DNA from: Squalus acanthias
Taxonomy: Eukaryota
Direction: 5' to 3'
Assembly: GCA_030390025.1 (NCBI GenBank)
Contig: CM059432.1
Coordinates: 65,040,001 to 65,104,000, forward strand
Length of the DNA: 64,000 nucleotides
In this document: piece after piece, positions 49,965 to 63,351 of the stretch
How positions within the stretch are numbered: position 1 is the first letter of the stretch
How the letters are laid out: each line of letters starts with the position of its first letter
The notes under the pieces: model-generated
Database searches by the model: none
The model's input: the letters and a program-made list of their open reading frames with translations, nothing else
What the model was told of the DNA's origin: nothing
Made by a program: the position numbers and the translations under genes

Positions 49965-51270
49965 CACGGATTGGTCAGGGACAGTCAGCATGGATTTGTT
50001 GGGGGAAGGTCATGTCTGACTAACGAGATTGAATTTTTTGAGGAGGTAACAAGGAGGGTCGATGAGGGTAGTGCGGCTGATGTAGTCTATATGGATTTTA
50101 GCAAGGCTTTTGATAAGGTCACGCATAGCAGACTGGTCACGAAAGTAAAAGCCCATGGGATCCAAGGCAAAGTGGCAAGTTGGATCCAAAATTGGCTCAG
50201 AGGCAGGAAACAAAGGGTAATGGTCGAAGGGTGTTTTTGTGACTGGAAGGCTGTTTCCAGTGGGGTTCCGCAGAGCTCAGTACTGGGTCCTTTGCTTTTT
50301 GTGGTATATATCAATGATTTGGACTTGGATGTAGGAAGTATGATTATGAAGTTTGCAGATGATACAAAAATTGGCCGTGTGGTGTAATGAAGAATAAAGC
50401 TGCAGACTGCAGGAAGATATCAATGGACTGGTCAGGTGGGCAGAACAGTGGCAAATGGAATTCAATCTGGAAAACTGTGAGGTAATGCATTTGGGGAGGG
50501 TTAGCAAGGCATGGGAATACACTATAAATGGTAGGACACTAAGAAGTGTAGAAGATCAGAGGGACCTTGGAGTGCAAGTCCACAGATCCCTGACGGTAGC
50601 AGAACCGATAGATAAGGTGGTTAAGAAGGCATACGGGATACTTATCTTTATTAGCCGAGGCATAGAATATAAGAGCAGGGAGGTTATGTTTGAACTGTAT
50701 AAAACACTAGTGAGGACGCAGCAAGAATACTGCGTGCAGTTCTGGTCACCACATTACAGGAAGGATGTGATTGCACTAGAGAGGGTGCAGAGGAGATTTA
50801 CGAGGATGTTGCCTGGGCTGGGTAATTTTAGCTATGAGGAAAGATTGGATAGGCTGGGGTTGTTTTCTTTGGAACAGAGGAGGTTGAGGGGAGACCTAAT
50901 TGAGGTGTATAAAATTATGAGGGGCCTAGATAGAGTGGATAGGAAGGACCTATTTCCCTTAGCAGAAGGGTCACTAACCAGAGGGCATAGATTTAAAGTA
51001 ATTGGTCGGAGGTTTAGAGGGGATTTGAGGATAATCTTTTTCACCCAGAGGGTGGTGGGGGTCTGGAACTCACTGCCTGAAAGGGTGGTAGAGGCAGAGA
51101 CCCTCATCACTTTTAAAAAGTACTTGGATATGCACTTGAAGTGCCGTAACCTACAAGGGTATGGACCAAGAGCTGGAAAGTGGGATTAAGGTGGATAGCT
51201 CTTTGTCGGCCGGCACGGACAAGATGGGCCAAATAGCCCCCTTCTGTGCTGTATATTTCTACGATTCTAT
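49965..51270 (+). mobile_element. 5'-truncated CR1 (same family as 10326-11740), intronic
   Basis: QHGF, DFSKAFDKV, GVPQ and FADD motifs plus a 3' UTR. Confidence 0.93.
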
Positions 51271-51859
51271 GATTAATGCAATTTTCAGGCAGGCCTGTAA
51301 ATGGACGAACAGCTGTTCAAATATGCAAATTGGGATCTTATGCCGTTGTAAGACCCCGACTGCAATTTTGAAGTACAAACGGGCGGAGAATGAGGTGTCC
51401 ATTTGTAGCAGGTGGTAAGCAGACTAATCAGCGGTTTATAAAAGGATTGTTGGTGGCCATTCCACAAAAGGGCCCCAACCTGCCGGCCAGCTCAGTGTGG
51501 GAGCTGGATGATTTCCCACCCTTCCACGCTGGTGAACTGTAGTGGAGTGCCCGCAGCTCCACGAAGACATTCAAGTGAGGCCCATGCCTGAAAATGGATA
51601 CAAACGGCGTTTTATGTTGTTTTTTCGAGGGATTCTGTTGATCTTCCACCAATTTTACAGCAGTCAATCGGAAGAACCCTGTGGAATTTCAGGGTGACTA
51701 TGTTTGTATGTAGGTGAGATGATAGTCTTGCCCACTGTGCAGAGTCCAATTATCAATTATAGAAATGGAAAATGGAACTGAAAGCTGACCTGGAAAGAAC
51801 AATGAACTGAAGGTGGGTAGTAATGGTAAGTCTTTATGTTAAAATATGTTAAATTTGAC

Positions 51860-52310
51860 ACACCGTGGGTTGGAGTGCCCTCCCGCCTTTGGCAGACAAA
51901 GCTCCTGCATGCCCACATTGCCAAAAGCCCATCTCATTTTCCAAGCAGGATGGGTTTAGAGCAGCATTCCCAGTCCTGAATAGCTGCGCAGCTGCTGCTT
52001 AAAGGGGCAGACATGTTGGAAATTCTGGAGGACAGAGATAATTAAAAGTCTCAAGAATGCCAGAAGGAGCAGTAGGATTTCAACTATGGCAAAAATTCCC
52101 TGCTTCTCTGATGCCTCTGTCGAATTTCTATTGGCTGAGAGATGGGCAAGAAAAGACTTGTGAAACAGGACAGAAGCCACAGAAGAGGGCAGTCCAGGTG
52201 TTATGGAAGAAGCTGGCTCAGGCATTGAGTTCAACCTCTACCACTTCACGCATGACCACGCAATGCAGTAAAACGTTTAATGACCTCATGAAGCTAAGGT
52301 AAGGGAAGTT
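51860..52310 (+). mobile_element. Old Harbinger Myb-like relic
   Basis: WKKLAQALSS...RMTTQCSKTFNDL followed by GTAAG, as in exon 1 of the 14600 gene; boundaries uncertain. Confidence 0.45.
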
Positions 52311-52981
52311 ATGAGTACTCATGCCCATTCTAAAAACTATGTTAGAAGCATGACTCACGGCGACCTCCACGGGATGGCCAGGCAGTCAATCATGCCACAC
52401 CCGGTGTTGGCGAGCAGCTTCAGTGTTGGGCAAATTTCCGCCGCTTCCCGCCGACTTTCCTTCTGGAACAGGTGGGAAGTCGGCTGGTGGCATTTGTATG
52501 AGACCCGGGAGTTAAAATACCCCGGGCCTCTATTGTGCTGCAGTGGGTGAGTTTTGAACTCACACCAATTGTGGGGCGGTGGGTGGGGAGGTAAAGTTTA
52601 ACATAACCAATGTGCAACATGGCAGATTGATTGCCCATTTTACTTTCCATTGACATCAGTGCAAAATAAAATCGGGTGACTTGTAAAGTGGACGGCTGAT
52701 CTGATCGTGCCAGTTTCCCACTGGGCGAATTAGGTTAAAATAACCCGTCCAAAACTGACCTGATGACACCTGGCCCCCAATTAAAATCGCGGCTTTGGAG
52801 TCTCCAGATCTCTTTCATTGACGGCCATGTATAGAACAGACATTTCAATTAAAAGTTCCATAAATTACTGGTTGTGTAGTTAGTAGTGGGAAATTGCAAG
52901 GATTTATCCATGGAACAAAAAGCAAAATGCTCCAGCTGCTGGAAATCTGAAATGTAAACAGAACATTCAGAAAACACACAA

Positions 52982-55197
52982 GGGGCGCGATCGTGCCAGC
53001 CCTGGGGAGGCAGGTATGGAGGCGGGACTGCCGGGAAAATGGCAGAATTTGGGGGTGGGTGCCCAACCCGCCCCCATACCATCTTCCCAGGAGGCGATTA
53101 GCCATCCTGCGCCGGGTCCCGTCTCCTTGGAGACGGGAAGGGATTACAGCCAATTAACTGCCTGTTAACAGGTAGTTAACAGGCAGAAAATAGACTTATC
53201 ACCATTTTGCCCACACAAGTGCAGGCTTCCCGAAGGCGCCGAATCCCGCCAGGGTCACCGAGGTGAGTAGTGGATCTGCGGGAGTCGGGGGGGGGGAGGG
53301 GGGGTGCAAAAGTGTGCTGTGATGGGTGCAAGTGTGGAGAGGTGAATATCTAAGGTAAGTGGAAAGTGTTAGAAAAAGTGTACTTGTAACGGAATAAGCC
53401 ATATTCCAAGAAATACACCATCCTATAAATAGATTTCTGATATTATTAATACATGATAAACTGGGTTTAAAAATCCAAAAGCCTCAACGACAGAAGCTGC
53501 AAACAGAACACAGGCTTCTGAGATAAGATGAAGTGTTAACACAAAAGCTGTAAACACCTAAAGGTAGAGACAGAATTCTAAAATAAATCTATTAGTTGCA
53601 GGTGAACGTCTAGGGAATACGCCTGATCTGGGTAGCCCAAAAAGGGCTAGGACTTGTAATTATCCCTTCAGTTGTTTTTTTTTTAATGTATAGATTTACT
53701 AAAGAACCGACATTTAGTTAACAGCCGGTATGGCAATCGCAACTTTAACCATTCATAATACAAATAGCTTACATTTCTTATTCTCAGAGATCCTTATTCT
53801 CAAATCTTAACTTCGTTACATTTCCACACTTCTACTTATTTCTTAATCCAGAATATCCACCAAAATCAAATACCTTGATTACCCGAGACTCAGAGTTGTA
53901 GGCCTACAGAGTGGTTCTGAAGGCGAGAATCGCTCTGCCCCTTCCCAGCGACTTCTGACTCTCTATCTGAAAAGCTCCATTTTTATACCTTTTTTTAGTG
54001 GTTTATCCTTTGAAGTTTTCTGCTGATGTAAGCTAATTATCTTTAGCCATTCTCTATTGAATTCTTTTCTATTCTTACTGTCATTTCAGCTGCCAACTTT
54101 TAGAATTCTGTCTCTACCTTTAGGTGTTCATATCTTATCATAAAATATGGTATAACAGATTTATCTCTTTGATGCCATTCTTAGGAAGTCTTTCTATTGA
54201 ATTCTTAACTCCCTTTAGCTGCTTGCATTCCAGACCTCGCGTCTCCCAACTGTTCCAATTTCAATACAAACACAATGTGATTGCTTGGTGTCATCTATTG
54301 ATATTATATCTTCAAAGTGTTCTGTTTGTACCTTTTACAATTTGTAAATCAAAAACACTTCATCTAGGGTGTTCTTTGCATTTCTTAGCCATCTTAGTTG
54401 GTTATATAGATAATCGTGTTTCCTGTTTCATTTGATGTTACTTTTACAAAGGCACATGTTTTTTTTAATGATCTGTGCACCTGTTCGACGTGTTAGATTT
54501 TGACACTTTAAACTGGGTAATGGTATTGTTTTGGTCCAAACTACAGACATCTCGGAAGCAAGCCTTTGCTTTTCCAATAGGGCCTTTGTGTCAGTGTCAA
54601 TAACCATTTCCCATTTCCAAAGTTTGTGTGGTGTTTACAGTTTTTGTGTTAACACTTCATCTTATCTCAGAAGCCTGTGTTCTGTTTGCAGCTTCTGTCG
54701 TTGAGGCTTTTAGATTTTTAAACCCAGTTTATCATGTATTAATAATATCAGAAATCTGTTTATAGGATGGTGTATTTCTTGGAATATGGCTTATTCCGTT
54801 ACATACTTACCTTTGTTTCTTCCTGCAGGCTTCAGTCGGTGGGTATGCGGAGAGTCTCGCACCTCCGCGGTAGAGATGACAGATGGCCGTTGCATTCTCC
54901 AATGCAACAACCATCTCATTTCTGCAAAAGAAAGAGGTTTGATGAGGTCTTGAATTCAAGACCTCATCAAACTACAGAGAATGTCACTGTTTGACAGCTT
55001 CACAGATGAAACGTCATACGTTGACGTTCTCTGCAACCGGCTTTCCCTTAATTGGCCTGCTAAGCCCGATGGGCGGGCTTAACAAGGTTAATCAAGGGAA
55101 AATAGCGTGGGTTGGCCAGAAGTTGATGGAGGCGGGACTGAAACCCGACAAGTGGGAGTCCCGCCTCCAAAAGCTCCCCATTGGCAAAATCACCCCC
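52982..55197. mobile_element. MITE of the 33013 family, split by a long-TIR element
   Basis: Colinear with 33013-33846 on both sides of 53385-54803. Confidence 0.75.
53385..54803. mobile_element. Non-coding element with 174-bp TIRs, TGT...ACA ends and a 4-bp TSD (Ginger-like, or an unusual solo LTR)
   Basis: 53385-53558 is inverted at 54630-54803 with about 3 mismatches; TACT TSD. Confidence 0.85.
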
Positions 55198-55437
55198 AAG
55201 AAGTCAGTCGGCATCTGTGGACAGAACAAACAAGGTAATATTTCAGGTGTTTTGAAGAAGGGTCTCTTACTAAAATAACCCTGAAACAGTTGTTGGGTTC
55301 CTTGGTTTAAATAATGGACTAATCAATTCAAAACAAAGATGTCAATCATACCTATAACTGAACCACTCATACAGATTTGTTTACATTTGAATTATATTGA
55401 TTGCTTCCTCTCTTAAGCTTGTACCTTAGGAGACAAA

Positions 55438-57277
55438 GGCCTAGAAATCGGCCCACTTACTGCCACGAGTCACCACCGCAATCCGGTCTAGAAATGGCGG
55501 CTGCCACTCTAGCACCCATCTCTGGTGCGGGATTCAGTGACCGCCATTTTGGTGAGGGCCTTAGTGCTGACAATAGCAGCGCTGGCCCTGGAAATGTAAA
55601 TTAAGAGAGGGTGACGTCAGTCGATGTGCAATGCCAACTTAACGCCGAGTTCAGCGCTGACTCCTAAGCTTGCGATGAAAACCCAGCATTCAGCAGACTG
55701 ACAGAGGTGCTGTCAGTACCTCTTAAAGAGACACACACATCTTCAGGTAAGTTTGCATTTAAGCTTTTGGACTGTATTTTTTAAATTTTATTTCAGTAGT
55801 GACTTGGTGCAATACATGTTAAAAGTTTTTTAAGAGTGCAGGGAGTGCTGCTGGATGCTTGCAAGGCCTCAGATGGTAAAGGAAGCCTCAGAGAAAACAG
55901 AAAATGCTGGGAATACTCAGCAGATCTGTAGAGAGAGAGAAACAGAGTTCAAATCTCAGGTTGAGATGCTGCCTGACCAGCTGAGTAGTTCCAGAATTTT
56001 ATGCTGTCATTTCAGATTTACAGCGTCCACTCACAGAGGGAAGAGGAAGACACAGAAGAGGATGAAGCAGAAGGGGAGGAAGCAGAAGGAAGGAGGGAAC
56101 CCAGACAGCCCCTTTCTGGTCTGGATATCCATGAAGGAATCATCCACCTATGTATGGTACCAGTGACCACAACCCCAATTCCCCTTTCAACATTTGTCCC
56201 ACACCTTACCTTCCCTCTGTTACTGATCATCACAGCATCCTCTTGGCCACAATGCTGAAATAACAGCCACCACAAAGCACTCTTTCCAACCCAACTTTAT
56301 ACATCTATCCATCCAATATGACATCAAGAAATCAACTCATCACCCTTATACATTCCCTTAGTGACTGTCTTGTGTGTGCCTTTGCCTATCCTATGGATGT
56401 CACACAGTGCTACCCCAGTGGCTGCAGCATGGCTGATGGAAGTTCTTCTTCTTCCTCCCTCGTGATTGGTACAGATTGTTGGTAGGTGAATGATGCGGGG
56501 GAGGGGGGAGGGAGTCATGCATTGAGCAGTGTGTGAGGCTAGTGGTGCAGTTGGTAGGAGACGACTTTTGAAGATGCATTCACTGACTTTGACCACTGGT
56601 CTGAGGTCATGAAGCTTCTTTGGGCACCGGAGCCAGGTTATGGTGGCGAAACTGCTGGCAGTAACGGCCTTGGTGATGTGGTCCCACTTCCTTCTTTCTG
56701 GAGGGCCTCTTGGCCTCTGTGGGTAGAGGACCTCTCTTGCAGTGTTTACCCCCTGCACAAAGCTGGAGTGCTGTGTGCGAGACCCTGGGTGCCACTTCCC
56801 TGGTTTGTTGAGCCATTTGTGTTAGTGCTGAAGCACTTTTCCCATTTTTTTAGGTGCAGAAGGGCATTCAGCATAAGAGCTGAAGACTCCCATTTGGGAA
56901 TTCTTTTTAACGTTCATTTATTTTTCAGAAGGCAGTTGAGCTGTAAGGGCTGAAAACTGTACATTTTTACGTCATTTTTATTTTTATCATTTCAGAAGGC
57001 ATTGCCCTTTTAAGATCCCACAATGCTTTGCAAAATCACAGCCTCACTTTCAGAGGGTGTTCAAAGCTGCAACGCTGCTTGTGGACGCCACATTGGGGCC
57101 TGATGCCGGGACGATCACCAGCAGGAGGGCGCTACACGTTGAGTTTAGCATTGGGCTACTAATCATTTGTCACCTGCGCCAATTTTTCAGTCCTACCAGC
57201 ACCACCATTGTCGGCGGCCATTAATCCGCACCCATGGTAGCACTGGCGACTTTCATAGCGCACTCGAATTTTAGCCC
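55438..57277 (-). mobile_element. Non-autonomous Harbinger-derived element, inverted copy of the 3219-5169 family
   Basis: GGCCTAGAAAT / ATTTTAGCCC ends; ORF 56607-56816 parallels ORF 3690-3899. Confidence 0.75.
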
Positions 57278-57307
57278 AATATTTCTATTGATTTAGGCCA
57301 GGGACAT

Positions 57308-57640
57308 GGGGCCCGAAATTCTGGGGTCACTACTCTGCCGCTGTCTGCTGGAGAGAATCCCAAACCTACTGCTTCATTAGGGGAAAGGCAGAGGCCATTA
57401 GCAAGCTAAAGGTGTATCCGAGGCAGGAGCATTCCAAAGGTAGAAGAAAGGCCCACAATGGAAGGCTCTTAGGAAGCATGGCTTCCACTGGCCCAATGAG
57501 GGCACACTGGGCGGGACTCCCAGGTTAGCTTTGGAACATTATTGGGGCAGAAACCAGGTGGACAAGGGTTCCGCCCCAGTGTCCTTACCCCATTGTCCTG
57601 ACCTGGTTGTGCCTTCTGACACCCCAGGAATTTTGGCCCC
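57308..57640. mobile_element. Short MITE
   Basis: TIRs GGGGCCCGAAATTC / GAATTTTGGCCCC with AT on both flanks. Confidence 0.55.
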
Positions 57641-58085
57641 ATCAAATTGAACTGCAGTATTTTTTTAAATTCCTTATTTTGGTGACTGGATTTAAAAGGA
57701 CAGCCACCAAGCCAAAGACAAAAGTGCTTTCACAGAATAGTCGAAATAGAGATATTAGAAGGATATGTTGATAGGGTGAGATGAAGTAAGGTGAGAGGAG
57801 GCTCATGTGATGCATAAACGCCAGCATAGACCTGTTGGGCCGAATGACCTGTTTCTGTGCTGTAAATACCATGTAATATAAAAGACAGACATTGTGAAAA
57901 TATACAGCCTTGATTAACTCATCAGCATTATTTTAACTCTGGTGTTAAAGGTTTAAAATGAATAGGTTAATGCCAACGGTAAAGTAATGCTGGTTGAAAC
58001 ATCTAGGCTTACTAGTCTGTGAATTGATAATACTTTAAATGATCTGCATTCGGCAATTGAAAATTACCTGCAGCCTTACACGTAC

Positions 58086-58199
58086 CTTACAGTGACAGGT
58101 AGTGCAGTCTTCCTTTTTCCAACGAACATTTTCATTCATATAATTTCCCTTTTCATCTGTGCAGCCACTCTGTTTCAGGCGTGACTCTAGTTGGTTGAT
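58086..58199 (-). CDS. PXDNL: Penultimate coding exon of the peroxidasin-family gene
   Basis: AG|INQLESRLKQSGCTDEKGNYMNENVRWKKEDCTTCHCK|GT, 114 nt, phase 0; joins the 49484 exon to complete the VWC domain. By recall it is closer to PXDNL than to PXDN. Confidence 0.85.
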
Positions 58200-58727
58200 C
58201 TTTAAGGAAAGTTGTGATACATAAACATTATATAGGCAAACTGGACATCATTGAATTCTCACTGGGCATCATATACGTCAGAGCTGTTTTTCAGAAATGG
58301 TTAATGTTATAAGAACTCTTGAGACTTGTAATCCTCTCACAAATCAGCCTATGACTACATCAGTTTTTTAAAACAGCAGCATTGCTGCAAGGATATAATT
58401 TCTGAAACACTGTGGAGATTGAATAGTTCCATCAGTTCTTCAGTTTTTGTTTCAAATTAATAAAGCACTCTGTATTTTTTTTGTCTATTACTGCCTGTGG
58501 AATCTGCCCTGCAAAATAAATAGGAACATTTTTCAACACTGGGAGCCTCAGCACATTACAGAACAACTTTTTCTTGACACTGTTCTACAATATAGAGAGA
58601 GCAACATTTTCATTTGATTAATTTTCCAACAGTGCCAACTTCTCTCTCCACCTCTCACACCTGGCTATCAGATATTCATATCCTTTAGCAATGTTTATTG
58701 ACCCATCATCTGGAACTTGCAATCATG

Positions 58728-59250
58728 GCACTGATATTTATGGGGAGGGAGCGGGGGAGGCCGAAAGCCAGGGACTCGGCGGTCCTGCCGAATTTAATGG
58801 CAGGACCTCATTATCATTGTTTTATACCATTTCCCACCGGGCAGCCAGCCAAATTGACAGGCTGGCCAGCTGCCAGGTGGGAAAACCAGTGGCAGGAGGC
58901 TGCAACTGGCGGCCCTTGGGGAAGGTTGCTGGCAATCGGAGGGGGTGGGCTGCAGATCGGGGGTCGGCGATCGCGGCAGGGACTAGAGAGAGGCCGCGTT
59001 TGGCAGAAGTGAGGCCAAAGGCTTCCTTGATGGGCCAGGGGAGCACTCCTGCAGCAATTAATCAGGCTTCCAATTGCCTGATTCAAATATGTTAATGAAG
59101 TGTCCGCCTCTCCAAGATGGGACACTCGCACGCCTCGCTACCTGCCGCCGTAAAAATGCGTCGGGTTGGGGGGTCACGTTTCACATTTTTTAGGATTTAA
59201 CCCTACCCTGACTGCCACCTGCCCGCTGTTGGGGGTTAATATCGAGGCCC
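58728..59250. mobile_element. GC-rich MITE-like element
   Basis: Weak TIRs GGCACTGATATT / AATATCGAGGCC around a GC-rich interior. Confidence 0.4.
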
Positions 59251-59337
59251 ATAAGTTTGCTGAAAATAGCTCTGCGTCATTTCATATTTAATTAAATAAA
59301 TAAACATTGGGAGGGAATATTAAAAAAATGAACCAGT

Positions 59338-62300
59338 TTGCTTTCTCGCCATACCCCTTGATCCCCCTAGTTGTGAGTATTATATCTAACTCCCTTTTGA
59401 ATATATTTAGCGAACTGGCCTCAACAACCTTCTGTGGTAGAGAATTCCACAGATTCACCACTCTCTGGGTGAAGAAGTTCCTCGTCATCTCAGTCTTAAA
59501 TGGCTTCCCCTTTATCCTTAGACTGTGACCCCTGGTTTTAGTTTTCCCTAACATTGGAAACATTCTGCCCGCATCTAATTTGTCTAAACCAGTCAGGATT
59601 TTAAACGTCTCTATAAGATCCCCCCTCATTCTTCTGAACTCCAGAGGATACAAGTTCAGTTGATCCAGTCTTTCTTGATATGTCAGTCTGGCCATCCCAG
59701 GAATCAATCTAGTGAACCTTCGTTGCACTCCCTCAATAGCAAGAATGTCCTTCCTCAAGTTAGGAGACCAAAACTGCACACAATACTCCAGGTGTGGCCT
59801 CACCAAGGCCCTGTACAACTGTAGCATCACCTCCCTACTCCTGTACTCAAATCCCCTTGCTATGAAGGCCATCATGCCATTTGCTTTCTTGACTGCCTGC
59901 TGCACTTGCCTTCCCACCTTCAGTGACTGATGTACCATGACGCCCAGGTCTCGTTGCACCTCCCCTTTCCCTAATCTGCCACCATTCAGGTAATAGTCTG
60001 CCTCCCTATTTTTACCACCAAAGTGGATAACCTCACATTTATCCACATTGTACTTCATCTGCCATACATTTGCCCATTCACCCAACCTGTCCAAGTCACT
60101 CTGTAGCCTCCTAGCATCCTCCTCATTGTTCACACTGCCTCCCAATTTAGTGTCATCCGCAAATTTGGAGATATTACAATTAATCCCTTCGTCCAAATCA
60201 TTAATATATAATGTAAACAGCTGGGGCCCCAGCACCGAACCCTGCGGTACCCCGCTGGTCACTGCCTGCCATTCTGAAAAGTACCCATTTACTCCTACTC
60301 TTTGTTTCATGTGTGCCAACCAGTTCTCAATCCACGTCAATACATTACCCCCAATCCCATGTGCTTTAACTTTGCACACCAATCTCTTGTGTGGGACCTT
60401 GTCGAAGGCCTTCTGAAAGTCCAAATACACCACATCTACTGGTTCCCCCCCGTCCACCCTATTGGAAACATCCTCAAAAAATTCCAGAAGATTTGTCAAG
60501 CATGATTTCCCTATCACAAATCCATGCTGACTTGGACCTATCATGTCGCCACTTTCCAAATGGTCTGTTATGACATCTTTAATAATTGATTCCATCATTT
60601 TACCCACCACCAATGTCAGGCTGACCGGTCTATAATTCCCTGCTTTCTCCCTCCCTCCTTTTTTAAAAAGAGGGGTTACATTAGCCACCCTCCACTCCTT
60701 CGGAACTGATCCAGAGTCTAAGGAATGTTGGAAAATGATCGTCAATGCATCCACTATTTCCAAGGCCACCTCCTGAAGTACTCTGGGATGCAGACCATCA
60801 GGCCCTGGGGATTTATCAGCCTTCAGTCCCGTCAATTTCCCCAACACCTTTTCCCGACTGATAAGGATTTTCCTCAGCTCCTCCCTCTTACCAGATCCTT
60901 TGATCTCTTTTATTTCCGGAAGGTTGTTTGTGTCCTCCACAGTAAACACCGAACCAAAGTACTTGTTCAATTGATCTGCCATTTCTTTGTTCCCATTATG
61001 ACTTCCCCTGTTTCTGACTGCAGGGGACCTACGTTTGTTTTTACTAACCTCTTTCTTTTTACATATTTATAGAAGCTTTTGCAGTCCGTTTTAATGTTCT
61101 CCGCAAGCTTCCTTTCATATTTTATTTTCCCTGCCCTAATCAAACCCTTCGTCCTCCTCTGCTGAGTTTTAAAGTTCTCCCAGTCCCCGGGTTTGCTGCT
61201 ACTTCTGGCCAATTTGTATGCCACTTCCTTGCTTTTAATACTATCCCTGATTTCCCTTGTTAGCCATGGTTGAGCCACCTTCCCTTTTTTATTTTTACGC
61301 CAGACAGGGATGTACAATTGCTGTAGTTCATCCATGCGATCTCTAAATGTCTGCCATTGCCCTTCCACTGATAACCCCTTAAATATCGCTTGCCAATCTA
61401 ACCTCGCCAATTCACGCCTCATACCCTCAAAGTTGCCCTTATTTAAGTTCTGGACCATGGTCTCTGAATTAACTGTTTCCTTCTCCATCCTAATGTAGAA
61501 CTCCACCATACTATGGTCACTCTTCCCCAAGGGGCCTCGCACCACAAGATTGCTGATTAGTCCTTCCTCATTACACAACACCCAGTCCAGGATGGCCTCC
61601 CCTCTAGTTGGTTCCTCAACATATTGGTTTAGGAAACCATCCCTTAAACACTCCAGGAAATCCTCCTCCACCGTATTGCTTCCAGTTTGAGTAGCCAAAT
61701 CTATATGCATATTAAAGTCACCCATGATAACTGCTGCGCCTTTTTTGCATGCACCTCTGATTTCCTGTTTCATACCCTCCCCCACCTCACTACTACTGTT
61801 TGGAGGTCTGTACACAACCCCCACTAACGTTTTCTGCCCTTTGGTGTTCTGCAGCTCAACCCATATTGATTCCACATCCTCCAAGCTAATGTCCTTCCTA
61901 GCTATTGCATTAATCTCCTTTTTAACCAGCAATGCTACCCCACCACCTTTTCCTTTTGTTCTATCCTTCCTGAATGTTGAATACCCCTGGATATTCAGTT
62001 CCCAGCCTTGATTGTTCTGGAGCCACGTCTCTGTAATCCCAATCACATCATATCCGTTAACATCAATTTGCACATTCAATTCATCCACCTTATTACGGAT
62101 ACTCCTTGCATTAAGACACAGAGCCTTTAGGCTTGTTTTATTAACACCCTTTGTCCTTTTAGACTTATGATTTAGTATGGCCCTTTGTGTTTCTTGCCTT
62201 TGTTTACTCGGATTTCCCTTATTGTTTCTCACCCTTCTAACATTTGTTTCTGACTGCATATTACTTCCCCTTGTTTCGTTACATAGGTTCCCATTCCCCT

Positions 62301-63300
62301 GCCATATTAGTTTAAATCCTCCCGAACTGCCTTAGCAAATATTACCCCGAGGACATCGGTTCCAGTCCTGCCCAAGTGCAGACCGTCCCTTTTGTACAGG
62401 TCCCACTTCCCCCAGAACTGGTTCCAATGCCTCAGGTATTTGAATCCCTCCCTCCTGCACCACTGCTCAAGCCACGTATTTAATCTCGCTATCCTGTTCA
62501 TGCTACTCTGATTAGCACGTGGCACTGGTAGCAACCCAGAGATTACTACCTTTGAGGTCCTACTTTTCAATTTAGCTCCTAGCTCCCTAAATTCTGCTTG
62601 TAGGACCTCTTCCCGCTTTTTACCTATATCGTTGGTACCAACATGCACCACGACAGCTGGCTCTTCACCCTCCCTTTCCAGAATGTTCTGCAGCCGCTCC
62701 GAGACATCCTTGACCCTTGCACCAGGGAGGCAACATACCATCCTGGAATCTCGGTTGCGGCCACAGAAACTCCTGTCTATTCCCCTTACAATTGAGTCCC
62801 CTATCACTATAGCTCTACCACTCTTTTTCCCGCCCTGCTGTGCAGCAGAGCCAGCCATGGTGCCATGAACCTGGCTGCTGGTGCCTTCCCCTGGTAGGTC
62901 ATTTCCCCCAACAGTATCCAAAACGGTATATCTGTTTTGGAGGGAGATGACCGCAGGGGACTCCTGCACTACCTTCCTGATATTGCCCTGCCTCTTGGTC
63001 ACCCATTTACTGTCTGACCTAGCCTTTACCCGCGGTGTGTTCAACTCACTAAATGAGTAATCCACAAAGTTCTCGGCATCGTGGATGCTCCAGAGTGCCG
63101 CCATGCGGTCCGTCAGGAGCTGCAGCTGGATGCACTTCCTGCACACATAGTTGTCAGGGACACTGGAAGTCCCTGATTTCCCACATAGCACAGGAGGAGC
63201 ACGACACGGTTCCGAGATTTCCTGCCATGACTTAACCCTTATATTACTTTATTAAGTTAAGTCCCTGAAAACAAAATATAAATCGAACCTACCTTTTAAA
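59338..63300 (-). mobile_element. Near full-length young CR1 LINE (ORF1 esterase about 63228-62307; ORF2 62259-59340 with a single frameshift near 60993), 3' UTR missing
   Basis: VIGDSIVRG and DGLHL in ORF1; LNARS, ITETWL, GDFN, SDH and FADD in ORF2. Confidence 0.95.
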
Positions 63301-63351
63301 TTCCCTCTACCCCTAAAGGTTAGAGGAGGTGGGAGACACTACTAGTGTTTG

